DNA from: Candidatus Sumerlaeaceae bacterium
Lineage (GTDB): Bacteria > Sumerlaeota > Sumerlaeia > Sumerlaeales > Sumerlaeaceae
DNA length: 64,000 nt
Reading direction: 5' to 3'
Assembly: GCA_051003195.1 (NCBI GenBank)
Contig: JBPCLP010000021.1
Span: forward strand, 1 to 64,000
The notes under the pieces were generated by a model that was not told the DNA's origin, searched no databases, and saw only the letters and a list, made by a program, of their open reading frames with translations. A program made the translations under genes and the position numbers. Below are positions 9,405 to 18,825 of the stretch, in pieces (position 1 is the stretch's first letter; every line of letters starts with the position of its first letter).

Positions 9405-11692
9405 GCCCCGACGCAAACGACGATCTTTCAGGTTTTTCCATGGCGGACCTCTTTCGCGTGGAGGTGGAAACGCAAACTCAGGCGCTTACTACGGGCCTGG
9501 TGGAGTTGGAAAACACGCCTGACCCGGCGCCTCTTCTGAAAGAACTAATGCGCGCCGCGCACTCGCTAAAAGGCGCCGCTCGTATTGTGAACTACGAGGG
9601 CGCGGTGCGAATCGCTCACACCATGGAAGATTGCCTGGTGGCGGCCCAGGCGGGTAAAGAAGCGATCACTCCGCAACGCACCGATGATCTCCTGCAGGCG
9701 GTGGATATGCTCATTCGAATTTCCCAGGTGGGGGAGGATTCGATCGCGGCGTGGGACAGAGAGCATGAAACGGAAATAGCGGAGTGTGTGAACCGTCTCG
9801 TCGCGCCGCCAACAGGTCGCTCTGTTGTGGATGCGCCTGTCGTTGACCCTCCGGCTACACCGATAACATCGCTGCAGGAAACCACAATGGTGGGCGAAGT
9901 TGCAACGCCCGCTGCCACTTTGATTCCTGAGCCGGCGGCCGATCCAAACCGCGCCCTGCGTATTTCGTCGGAAAACATGAACCGGCTGCTTGGTCTGGCG
10001 GGCGAGGCGCTGCTGGCTTCGCGCTGGCTTGAGACGTTTGCGAAGGATTTGATCCAGCTCAAGCGACTCCAGCAAAATGTCCTCTCAACCACCGATGCAA
10101 TTCGATACGCCGGAATGGAATCCATAGGGTGCGCATCAACCGATGCATTCGCTCTCGATCTGCAGCGCGGCGCTACGAAATCTCATGAATTTCTTGTTGG
10201 GCGGATTGAAGAATTCGACGCCTTCCAGCGGACGTTCAGCCACCTTACCAACCGCCTGTATCACGAAGTTCTCGAAAGCCGCATGAGGCCCTTCGGCGAT
10301 GTGGCGCTTGGGTTCCGGCGCATGGTTCGCGATGTGGCGCGAACCCTTGGCAAAGAAGTGAAGTTTGAGATCATCGGCCTGAGCACGACCATTGACCGCG
10401 ATATTCTTGATCGCCTGGAAGCGCCCATCAGCCATCTGCTGCGCAACGCGCTGGATCACGGCGTGGAGTTGCCCGCGCAACGAGTCGCGGCGGGCAAGTC
10501 ACCCGAAGGTATTCTTAAAGTAGAAGCACGGCATAGCGCCGGCATGCTCGTGATTCAAATTTCCGACGATGGGCGCGGGATTAACTACGCCTCGCTACGC
10601 AAAGCGGTCGTTGATAAGAAACTCGCCGCCGAGGAGTTTGCGCAAAAACTTTCCGAGGCCGAGCTGCTGGAATTCCTGTTTTTGCCAGGCTTCACCACAA
10701 AAAGCGCGGTAACGGAAATAAGCGGCCGCGGCGTTGGCCTGGACGCGGTGCTGGCAATGACGCGCGAGGTGGGCGGTTCCGTCAGGATCACCTCCCCGCC
10801 CGGGCGGGGAACGCAGTCCACGCTGCTTCTTCCCCTCACGTTGTCCGTTATGCGGACGCTCATCGTCGAGATTTCGGGCGAACCTTATGCATTCCCGCTT
10901 GCTCGAATCCACAGCACAACCAGCACCCTTGCCGCGGAAATATCCTACGTGGAGGGCCGGCAGCATTTTCTTCACCAGGGCAACCATGTCGGCATCGTGG
11001 TGGCGCAGCAGGCTTTGGACCTCGAGGTCCCTTCCGGAAACAACAGCGGTGAGTTTCCCATCGTAGTGCTGGAAGATCACGGCAAACTGTTTGGCATCGT
11101 CGTGGATAAATTTCTCGACGAGCGGGAACTTGTAATTCTGCCGCTCGATCCGCGTCTGGGGAAAATCACAAACATCAGCTCGGCGGCATTAATGCCAGAT
11201 CGATCACCAATTCTTATCTTCGATACCGAAGACCTGATTCGCACGATTCAAACGCTTGTTACGGGGGAGCGACTTACGCGCGTGAAGGCTGGTACCTCTC
11301 GCGACGAAGCGCGCAACAAACGCGTGCTGGTGGTGGACGATTCGCTTACGGTTCGCGAGCTTGAGCGTAAACTGCTTACGGGGCTGGGTTATCATGTGGA
11401 TGTAGCGGTGGACGGGATGGACGGGTGGAACGCAGTCCGCCTGGGCCGCTACGACCTGATCGTTTCCGACGTGGATATGCCGCGAATGGATGGGATTGAG
11501 CTGGTAACGCTCATTCGCAAAGACGCGCGACTAAAAAGCCTGCCGGTAGTTGTTGTTTCATATAAAGACAGCGCGGAGGACCGCCAGCGCGGACTGGACG
11601 CGGGCGCGGATCACTACCTTACAAAAAGCAGTTTCCAGGATGAGACATTCGCGCAGGCCGTGCGCGACTTGATAGGTGAGGCCGTCGATTGA
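9401..11692 (+). CDS. wspE: CheA-type histidine kinase/response regulator hybrid, WspE-like
   Basis: Hpt motif RAAHSLKGAA, HLLRNALDHG, SGRGVGLD, a CheW domain and a C-terminal REC domain (DVDMPRMDG). Confidence 0.92.
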   Translation: MSPDANDDLSGFSMADLFRVEVETQTQALTTGLVELENTPDPAPLLKELMRAAHSLKGAARIVNYEGAVRIAHTMEDCLVAAQAGKEAITPQRTDDLLQAVDMLIRISQVGEDSIAAWDREHETEIAECVNRLVAPPTGRSVVDAPVVDPPATPITSLQETTMVGEVATPAATLIPEPAADPNRALRISSENMNRLLGLAGEALLASRWLETFAKDLIQLKRLQQNVLSTTDAIRYAGMESIGCASTDAFALDLQRGATKSHEFLVGRIEEFDAFQRTFSHLTNRLYHEVLESRMRPFGDVALGFRRMVRDVARTLGKEVKFEIIGLSTTIDRDILDRLEAPISHLLRNALDHGVELPAQRVAAGKSPEGILKVEARHSAGMLVIQISDDGRGINYASLRKAVVDKKLAAEEFAQKLSEAELLEFLFLPGFTTKSAVTEISGRGVGLDAVLAMTREVGGSVRITSPPGRGTQSTLLLPLTLSVMRTLIVEISGEPYAFPLARIHSTTSTLAAEISYVEGRQHFLHQGNHVGIVVAQQALDLEVPSGNNSGEFPIVVLEDHGKLFGIVVDKFLDERELVILPLDPRLGKITNISSAALMPDRSPILIFDTEDLIRTIQTLVTGERLTRVKAGTSRDEARNKRVLVVDDSLTVRELERKLLTGLGYHVDVAVDGMDGWNAVRLGRYDLIVSDVDMPRMDGIELVTLIRKDARLKSLPVVVVSYKDSAEDRQRGLDAGADHYLTKSSFQDETFAQAVRDLIGEAVD

Positions 11693-12741
11693 GAATCGCT
11701 ATTGTGAACGACATGATGATGGCCGTGGAAGCGCTGCGGCGCACGGTTGCACGCGTGCCTGATTTCGAGATAGCCTGGGTTGCGCGTGATGGACAGCAGG
11801 CCGTTACGATGGCAGGGCAGGACACGCCCGACCTGATCCTCATGGACATCAACATGCCGATTATGAACGGCGTGGAGGCGACGCGCAAAATCATGCGAGT
11901 ATCGCCTTGCGCAATTCTCATAGTGACCGCGACGGTGGAGGGCAACAGCTCCAACGTGTTTGAGGCGCTTGGCGCTGGCGCCCTCGATGCGGTGAATACA
12001 CCGGTAATAGCGAATCCTATTGAGGGAGCCGATTGCGATCCCCTGCTGTCCAAAATTCGCGTGATTCAGCGATTGATCGGGAAGCCCATCGGCGGGGTAA
12101 CGCCAGCTGGTGGGCAGCCTTTTTCTCAACCGTCGCCTGGAGCATCCGCCACGGCCCGCCTCATCCTTATTGGATCCTCGGCTGGCGGCCCCCCGGCGCT
12201 GGCGGAAATTCTCAAACAAGTGCCGCCCGATGCGCCGCCGGTTGTCATTGTTCAACATATTGATGGCGAATTCGCGGTGGGAATGGCGGACTGGTTGGGG
12301 GGCCAAACCAACACCAACGTGCGTCTCGCGCGCGAGGGCGATGTGCTCAACAACGGGTCTATTTACCTCGCGGGAACTGGCAACCACCTGGTATTCACCA
12401 GTGGCGATACGCTGGGCTACAGCGCCGAACCCCGCAACAGCATCTACCGGCCCAGCATCGATGTATGTTTTTTCAGCGCCGTCACGCATGTGCGTGCCCG
12501 CGTGGCCGCGGCAATTCTGACAGGCATGGGCCGCGATGGAGCCGCCGGGTTAAAAGCCCTGCGCCAGATGGGATGTTACACCATAGCCCAGGACCGCGAA
12601 ACCAGTGTGGTGTACGGCATGCCGAAGGCGGCCGCCGAAATGGATGCGGCGGATGCGATTGTTCCATTATCAGGCATCGTGCCAGCCATGATGAAATATT
12701 TAAGTCAGGAAACGAACCATGTCAGATCTGCCCACCATTAA
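11689..12741 (+). CDS. wspF: CheB methylesterase response regulator, WspF-like
   Basis: REC domain plus esterase motifs GSSAGG, VQH and LTGMGRDG; TTG start overlapping the wspE stop. Confidence 0.9.
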   Translation: MRIAIVNDMMMAVEALRRTVARVPDFEIAWVARDGQQAVTMAGQDTPDLILMDINMPIMNGVEATRKIMRVSPCAILIVTATVEGNSSNVFEALGAGALDAVNTPVIANPIEGADCDPLLSKIRVIQRLIGKPIGGVTPAGGQPFSQPSPGASATARLILIGSSAGGPPALAEILKQVPPDAPPVVIVQHIDGEFAVGMADWLGGQTNTNVRLAREGDVLNNGSIYLAGTGNHLVFTSGDTLGYSAEPRNSIYRPSIDVCFFSAVTHVRARVAAAILTGMGRDGAAGLKALRQMGCYTIAQDRETSVVYGMPKAAAEMDAADAIVPLSGIVPAMMKYLSQETNHVRSAHH

Positions 12742-14050
12742 TTCCGAGCCCACATCAGGCATACCTGGTGGCGAGGTCATTCCTGTCGGCGCAGCAATAC
12801 CACGCGAACAATCGAAAGACCATGGCCAAGACATGGAGAATCTGTTCGCCGCCGACCGCCTGGTGGTGCTGCTGGTGGACGACCAGCCAATGATAGGGGA
12901 GGCCGTGCGGCGGCTGCTGGCCGGCGAGGGGGAAATCGAATTCCACTATTGTTCGAGCTCAAACGACGCGCTTGAAAAAGCCAGGACCATTTCTCCCACG
13001 GTAATATTGCAGGACCTGGTGATGCCCGATATGGATGGGCTGGAACTTCTCAAACTATACCGTTCTACGCCAGAAACCCGCAACGTGCCCGTGATCGTTC
13101 TTTCTACCAAGGAAGAGGCGTCCGTAAAAAAACAGGCGTTTGAACTGGGCGCCAGCGACTACCTTGTAAAGCTTCCTGATCGCATCGAACTTATCGCCCG
13201 CATTCGCCACCACTCCCAAGCCTACATGAATCGCGTGCAGCGCGATGCGGCCATGCGCGCGCTGGACCTGGCGCTGAAACGGAAAAATGAGTTTATGCGA
13301 ATTGCCAGCCACGACCTCAAAAATCCTCTTACGGTGGTGATCGGCGCGTCGTCCTTGCTGAAGGATTTAACCTCGCCGCACACCGATTTGCCGTGGATGG
13401 AAACCGTGACCAAAATGATCGCCACCGTCCAGCGGCAGGCGGAACAGATGCACAAGCTAATCGTCGATTACCTGGATGCGCAGGCCATGGAAGACGGCCA
13501 GCTTAAAATTGAACCCACGGAAAACAACCTCAACCAGCTGGCGAAAAACGCTGTGTCCGATCTTGACGCTTACACAACGACGAAGGGAACGCTGGTCGAT
13601 TTTGATCTGGACGAAAATTTGCCATCCTCGAGTTTCGACGCTGCACGCGTGGCGCAGGTCGCAGTAAACCTGATCAGCAACGCCGTCAAATTTTCTCCAC
13701 CGGGCGCATCGGTTACGGTAAGGACGCGCAAATCCGACGGTTTGCCTGGTGCGGAAAGTTCACAGCAACCGGGCGCGGAAGGAACGTTCCTCGTTTTTGA
13801 AGTATCAGATAATGGTCCCGGCCTGCAGCCAGAAGATCTCGCGAAACTGTTTGGCCGCTACGCAACTCTTTCGGCTAAACCAACCGGGGGCGAAAAGAGC
13901 ACCGGCCTGGGTCTCGCCATCTGCAAAAGTCTGATCGAACTTCACGGCGGCCGCATCGGCGCTCGCAACAACGCTCCCGGCCACCCAGGTTCAACATTCT
14001 GGTTCGCTCTTCCTGCCCTTGCGGCCCATGCTGGATGTGATGCCGGCTGA
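12719..14050 (+). CDS. Hybrid response regulator/histidine kinase (WspR-type REC + HisKA + HATPase)
   Basis: REC segment VLLVDDQPMIGEAVRR...PTVILQDLVMP...DYLVKLPD is WspR-like. It is followed by ASHDLKNPL, NLISNAVKF, DNGPG and GLGLAI. Confidence 0.88.
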   Translation: MSDLPTINSEPTSGIPGGEVIPVGAAIPREQSKDHGQDMENLFAADRLVVLLVDDQPMIGEAVRRLLAGEGEIEFHYCSSSNDALEKARTISPTVILQDLVMPDMDGLELLKLYRSTPETRNVPVIVLSTKEEASVKKQAFELGASDYLVKLPDRIELIARIRHHSQAYMNRVQRDAAMRALDLALKRKNEFMRIASHDLKNPLTVVIGASSLLKDLTSPHTDLPWMETVTKMIATVQRQAEQMHKLIVDYLDAQAMEDGQLKIEPTENNLNQLAKNAVSDLDAYTTTKGTLVDFDLDENLPSSSFDAARVAQVAVNLISNAVKFSPPGASVTVRTRKSDGLPGAESSQQPGAEGTFLVFEVSDNGPGLQPEDLAKLFGRYATLSAKPTGGEKSTGLGLAICKSLIELHGGRIGARNNAPGHPGSTFWFALPALAAHAGCDAG

Positions 14051-14115
14051 GCTTAATGCGTTGCGGTAATCGCGGCTGGCGCAGGCAAAACTATTTCAAG
14101 CGGAGGAAAAAATTG

Positions 14116-14205
14116 TGGCGGTGGGGGTGGGATTCGAACCCACGGAAGACTTTCACCTTCGCCGGTTTTCAAGACCGGTGCCTTAAACCGCTCGGCCACC
14201 CCACC
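14116..14205 (-). tRNA. tRNA-Ser(UGA)
   Basis: GGTGGGGTGGCCGAGCGGTTTAAGGCACCGGTCTTGAAAACCGGCGAAGGTGAAAGTCTTCCGTGGGTTCGAATCCCACCCCCACCGCCA: anticodon TGA, long variable arm, encoded CCA. Confidence 0.96.
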
Positions 14206-14394
14206 GCGTTGCCACTCAGCGCCGGCAAAGCAGCATAACAGAGACGGTGCCTGCGCATTCGCTCGACTTAGCCGAGAATTACAGTTGCGCCGCCTCCTGG
14301 CCAACGCAGCATTGCTTTCGAACATCGTCGGATCGCGGAGATACATGGATGCATGAGCCAGGGCGCGGATGTCGTAGTTGGTGGAGAGTGCAAA

Positions 14395-16311
14395 ATGTCT
14401 GGGACTGACAGCGGGGAACAGCCCGGTCAGCCCTCCGTTCCTGCTGCATTAACTGGCAAAAAGAAAAAGCCCAGGCTATCCGACGTGTGGCGCGAGTCGC
14501 GTGACCTTGTGTGGGCCCACCGGCACCGGCTTGCGCTTGGATTGCTGCTTATGCTCGTGAGTCGTGCAGCGGCGCTGGTGCTGCCGGCTACTTCGAAGTT
14601 CGTCGTCGATGATGTTTTTACGGCGGGAAAACATTACCTGCTGCTGCCGCTCGCGATTGCAGCGGGCGTGGCAACGATTATACAGGGGATCACGGGCTTT
14701 GCGCTGAGCCAGATCCTCGGGGTGGCAGCGCAAAGGGCGATCACGGACATGAGAATGCGAGTGCAGCAGCACATATCGAGGCTGCCAGTGCGCTACTTCG
14801 ATTCCACGCAGACTGGAGTGCTGATCTCGCGCGTAATGAACGACGCCGATGGCATTCGCAACCTGGTCGGCACCGGGCTGGTGCAACTGACGGGCAGCAT
14901 CGTGACCTCCGTCTGCGCACTCGGAGTGCTCTTTTACCTGAACTGGCAGATGACAGTCGTGACTCTTGTGATGCTTGCGCTTTTTGGAGGTGGCCTTAGC
15001 TATGCCTTCTCCAAAATCCGGCCGCTGTTTCGCGAGCGCGGCAAAATAACGGCCGATATTACGGGTCGGCTGACGGAAAGTTTCGGCGGCATACGCGTGG
15101 TCAAAGCCTACACGGCCGAGCGGCGCGAGCAGATCGTGTTTGCAAAAGGAGCGCACAAGCTTTTCCGACTAATCGCGCGGACAGTCACGGGCGTGAGCGC
15201 GGTTAACTCCGGTGGGACTGCAGTAGCCGGCATCGTTTTTACGGTGATGATACTACTCGGCGGCCGAGCCTTTATCCATGGAGACATGACCCTGGGCGAG
15301 CTTACCATGTATGCATCGTTCACCATGCTCATGGCTTCGCCGGTCATTCAGCTGTCCTCCATCAGTACGCAGATAACGGAGGCATTCGCGGGCCTGGATC
15401 GAATCCGCGAGGTGCTGCGCCTGCCGACGGAAATGGATGAAGACGCGCAGCGCCTTCCTGCTCCGCACGTTAGTGGCGACATTGAATTTCGCGATGTCAG
15501 CTTCTCCTACGAACCTGGTGTTCGCGTGCTGAAAAACGTAAGCTTTCACGCTGCTCCGGGCACGACGACCGCGCTGGTGGGCAGCAGCGGGTCGGGCAAA
15601 AGTACGCTCATTGGTTTGATCATGGCGTTTCACCGGCCGCAGGAAGGTTGCATTCTTGTCGACGGAAGAGACCTGGCGAACCTGCGCCTGCTAGATTACC
15701 GAAGCCACCTTGGAGTGGTCCTGCAGGATAACTTCCTGTTCGACGGTACGATCGCAGAGAACATTCGCTTTTCGCGCCCGCAGGCCACCATGGCGGAAGT
15801 GCTCGACGCAGCGCGAATCGCCCACTGCGATGACTTTGTTTCGAAGTTCGAGAAAGGCTACGAAACGATTGTCGGCGAGCGCGGCGTACGTCTGTCCGGC
15901 GGGCAGCGGCAGCGGGTTGCCATTGCACGCGCAATCCTGGCGCAGCCCAGGATACTGATTCTCGACGAGGCGACGAGCAGCCTGGACAGCGAGAGCGAGG
16001 CAAAGATACAGGATGGATTGTCCAAACTCAGACAGGGACGTACATCGTTTGTGATCGCGCACCGATTGTCGACCATTCGCAGCGCAGAGCAGATTCTCGT
16101 GCTCGAAGGGGGCGAGATTATTGAACGGGGTACCCATACAGAGCTGTACCAGAAGGAAGGCCGCTATCGCGAACTGCACGACCGGCAATACCGGTTCGAG
16201 CTGGAGCGGTTCGTGAACCCCGGTGAGGAGCTGATTCCACCGGACGCTAAAGTGTCAGGCAAGCCGGTCGCTGCACCGCGCCATCAGCACTCCCGCTCGA
16301 CTCCCATCTAA
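14395..16311 (+). CDS. ABC exporter, fused permease/ATPase (MsbA-like)
   Basis: TM domain, Walker A GSSGSGKS, LSGGQRQR and ILILDEATSSLD. GGAG before ATG 14395 (alternative start 14353). Confidence 0.9.
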   Translation: MSGTDSGEQPGQPSVPAALTGKKKKPRLSDVWRESRDLVWAHRHRLALGLLLMLVSRAAALVLPATSKFVVDDVFTAGKHYLLLPLAIAAGVATIIQGITGFALSQILGVAAQRAITDMRMRVQQHISRLPVRYFDSTQTGVLISRVMNDADGIRNLVGTGLVQLTGSIVTSVCALGVLFYLNWQMTVVTLVMLALFGGGLSYAFSKIRPLFRERGKITADITGRLTESFGGIRVVKAYTAERREQIVFAKGAHKLFRLIARTVTGVSAVNSGGTAVAGIVFTVMILLGGRAFIHGDMTLGELTMYASFTMLMASPVIQLSSISTQITEAFAGLDRIREVLRLPTEMDEDAQRLPAPHVSGDIEFRDVSFSYEPGVRVLKNVSFHAAPGTTTALVGSSGSGKSTLIGLIMAFHRPQEGCILVDGRDLANLRLLDYRSHLGVVLQDNFLFDGTIAENIRFSRPQATMAEVLDAARIAHCDDFVSKFEKGYETIVGERGVRLSGGQRQRVAIARAILAQPRILILDEATSSLDSESEAKIQDGLSKLRQGRTSFVIAHRLSTIRSAEQILVLEGGEIIERGTHTELYQKEGRYRELHDRQYRFELERFVNPGEELIPPDAKVSGKPVAAPRHQHSRSTPI

Positions 16312-16312
16312 G

Positions 16313-17098
16313 ATGTCTACGCCTCGCCCGTTTCATCTTTGGCGGCTGGCGATGCTTGTGTATGCAGTTTCCCTAGCGGCATGTCCTGGATTTGGGCAGA
16401 CCACGACCACGAAATCAGGCATTCTTCGGCTGCAGTTCCTCGATTCGCGGACAGGAGCGGCGGTTCGACCTTCGGCGCTTTTGCTGGACGGCAATGCGGT
16501 CTCGCAGCGCGCGGATGAGAGCGGACTCCTGTCGATGAGCAATCTCGCGGACGGATCACACGAAATCCAGGTCGAAGCGGTCGGTTACCATGGGTTCAAT
16601 GCAATGGCAGCGGTCGACCGCGAGAACACACTTGTGCAAACGTTCGAGCTGGATCCGGTGCCGCAGGCGCAGGATGATATCACGACCCCGTCCGCCGATG
16701 AGTGCGTCGTCCACGGTTATGTCGTCGATGATTTCCGCGGCACGCGATTACCTGACACACACCTGTCCGTTGAGCACAAGAACTCTAACACAGTTTCAGA
16801 TAAAAATGGCAGGTATGTGCTCCGGTTCACTTCGCGAGTTCTGAAATCTGGCGGAGAAGTGGCGGGATCGGAACACGTAAATCTTAAGGCTGAGCACGAG
16901 GGATACCGAAAGCGCGAGTTTCGCAATGTGGAAGCGCCGCCGGGCAGCCGTGTCATGTTCCCGGTTCGACTGCAACGGCTCGAGGACGTGAATGTTGCGG
17001 ACGAATCGACCTCGGGGCCGGAAGTTGTGGACGAAACCGCGGCCAGTGCGGGTGGACACCGTACTTACGACTGGGTGTTCGATGTTACATTGCGATAG
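16313..17098 (+). CDS. Secreted protein with two carboxypeptidase-regulatory-like beta-sandwich domains
   Basis: Signal peptide; GYVVDD...SDKNGRY...EHEGY pattern; paralog of 17858-18685. Confidence 0.65.
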   Translation: MSTPRPFHLWRLAMLVYAVSLAACPGFGQTTTTKSGILRLQFLDSRTGAAVRPSALLLDGNAVSQRADESGLLSMSNLADGSHEIQVEAVGYHGFNAMAAVDRENTLVQTFELDPVPQAQDDITTPSADECVVHGYVVDDFRGTRLPDTHLSVEHKNSNTVSDKNGRYVLRFTSRVLKSGGEVAGSEHVNLKAEHEGYRKREFRNVEAPPGSRVMFPVRLQRLEDVNVADESTSGPEVVDETAASAGGHRTYDWVFDVTLR

Positions 17099-17104
17099 GC
17101 TGAC

Positions 17105-17839
17105 ATGAAGCCCTGGCAGCTGTGGATGGCGACGGCTGTTTTGTGCGTCGCAGTAGTGCTGGGCAGTCGCGCATTGTTTAAAGCGCCTCGGCGAAGTGAC
17201 CAGGGCGCCGCTGCAAGCGCTGTTGCAGTAGAACCCGATGTGGACGCACCACGATATCGATCGGCGCGTCAAAACAATGCTGCGATGGCACATCGTGCGG
17301 CGCTGTCGCGTGCGACCGAAACGACGCGTCCGCGTACGATGCCTCGGCTGCTTAGCGGTTTTGTGGTGGACGACTTTCGCAACTGGACCTCAATTCCGGA
17401 TGATTACCACGCAGATCGACTCCAGGTGGTGAATGGCGCTATCACTTTGCGCGACACGGAGACGACAGGATCGCGCTTCGGCACACTGTTATCGCCTCCG
17501 TTGGAACTATGGCAGCCTGCTCTCGCCGCACCTGCGCAAAACACAACAACTGTTCCCGAGGGCTGCGAAGTCCGCACTGAGATTTCGCTGAGCCGAGACG
17601 GAAAATCCTGGAGTGGCTGGCAATCGCTCGAGCGGTACCAGGCACCCGACGGTAAACAGGTGCAGCCGCCCTCTGCACCTACATGGAGCGGGACGCGCCC
17701 TTCACCGATTTCCCCGCCCGTCACAGATTCCACCGAAACTTCCGGGCCTTTTGTGCGCTATCGGCTCACCTTGACCTCTTCATCTCCGGCAAGCCCTTTC
17801 GTTCAGGATGTGCGGATCTGGCGCAACGCACGCTTTTAA
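17105..17839 (+). CDS. Membrane-anchored hypothetical beta-sandwich protein
   Basis: N-terminal TM helix; motifs SRDGKSWSGW and VRYRLTL; tightly coupled to its neighbours. Confidence 0.65.
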   Translation: MKPWQLWMATAVLCVAVVLGSRALFKAPRRSDQGAAASAVAVEPDVDAPRYRSARQNNAAMAHRAALSRATETTRPRTMPRLLSGFVVDDFRNWTSIPDDYHADRLQVVNGAITLRDTETTGSRFGTLLSPPLELWQPALAAPAQNTTTVPEGCEVRTEISLSRDGKSWSGWQSLERYQAPDGKQVQPPSAPTWSGTRPSPISPPVTDSTETSGPFVRYRLTLTSSSPASPFVQDVRIWRNARF

Positions 17840-17857
17840 TCATTTCGAGGACGAACC

Positions 17858-18685
17858 ATGAACACTTCCTGCTGTACTCGTTTCATTCTACTGCCACTCG
17901 CGATCGTCGCGATAGCGACTTCATCGACCGCAGAGACGCAATCGACCGGGACAACAGAGAAGAAACCGACTGCGCTTCTGCGCCTCTGTTTTCGGGACAG
18001 CGAACGCGGAACCGCAGTGGTGCCGGACGCGCTTATGGTTGACGGAAGACTAACTTTCTCGCGCATTGACGAGGCCGGTCGTCTTGATCTGCCACTGGAA
18101 TCGGGCGACCACATGCTTCAGGTAAACGCGCGGGGTTATCAGCAGATGAACGCGAAGGAAACCGCGCTGGTCGATGGGCCGCCGTTGAACATCATCACGC
18201 TCGACCCATTGCAGAAACCCGCTGAGCTTCAGCCGGCTCACCTCAGCCGCTATATTAAACCCGGACAGGCTATCGTTGCGGGATTCGTCGTGGATGATGA
18301 ACTCGGCAAGCCGCTCGAAGGCGTCGAAGTTAAAACAGCCGACGGCAGCGCGAAAACGACCAGCGAAGGAAATGGGTTTTTTGCGGTGGCTGTGCCAATG
18401 GATAACGCAGGCCCGCTGCCGGAAGATCCCAGCCAGAAGTTTGTGAAGCGCACGTTTGTGTTCTCACTGGAGGGATACGGACGCGAGGAGCGGCAGAACG
18501 TGCTATTGCTGAAGGAAAATCCCAAGTTCTGGCAGGTACGCCTGCAGCCGGGCGGCAGCGCAAACGTCATCAATGAAGAGGATAACCGTGGCGGCTTGCA
18601 ACAATGGATCTTCGGCGTCCCCGAGGAGCACGATGACAGCACGTCCGGAACCGGGGATGCGCTTACGACAGGCACCCAGCACTAG
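17858..18685 (+). CDS. Secreted protein with carboxypeptidase-regulatory-like domains
   Basis: Signal peptide; GFVVDDELGKPLEGVEV...NGFF; paralog of 16313-17098. Confidence 0.68.
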   Translation: MNTSCCTRFILLPLAIVAIATSSTAETQSTGTTEKKPTALLRLCFRDSERGTAVVPDALMVDGRLTFSRIDEAGRLDLPLESGDHMLQVNARGYQQMNAKETALVDGPPLNIITLDPLQKPAELQPAHLSRYIKPGQAIVAGFVVDDELGKPLEGVEVKTADGSAKTTSEGNGFFAVAVPMDNAGPLPEDPSQKFVKRTFVFSLEGYGREERQNVLLLKENPKFWQVRLQPGGSANVINEEDNRGGLQQWIFGVPEEHDDSTSGTGDALTTGTQH

Positions 18686-18825
18686 CGGTCGAGATACGAC
18701 AGTCGCGGCGCTCAAAGTTCAGCGCGCAATTCGAGTTTGCGTTGACCGATCCTTGGCGGAGAGTTCGCACATCGAAGCGGGCTACTAACGTCGACATCAA
18801 AGGACTCGTTACCTTGGGGAAACCA

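Noticed and set aside
14053..14346. Short ORFs over the tRNA
   Set aside because: They are translations of tRNA-Ser and its flanks.
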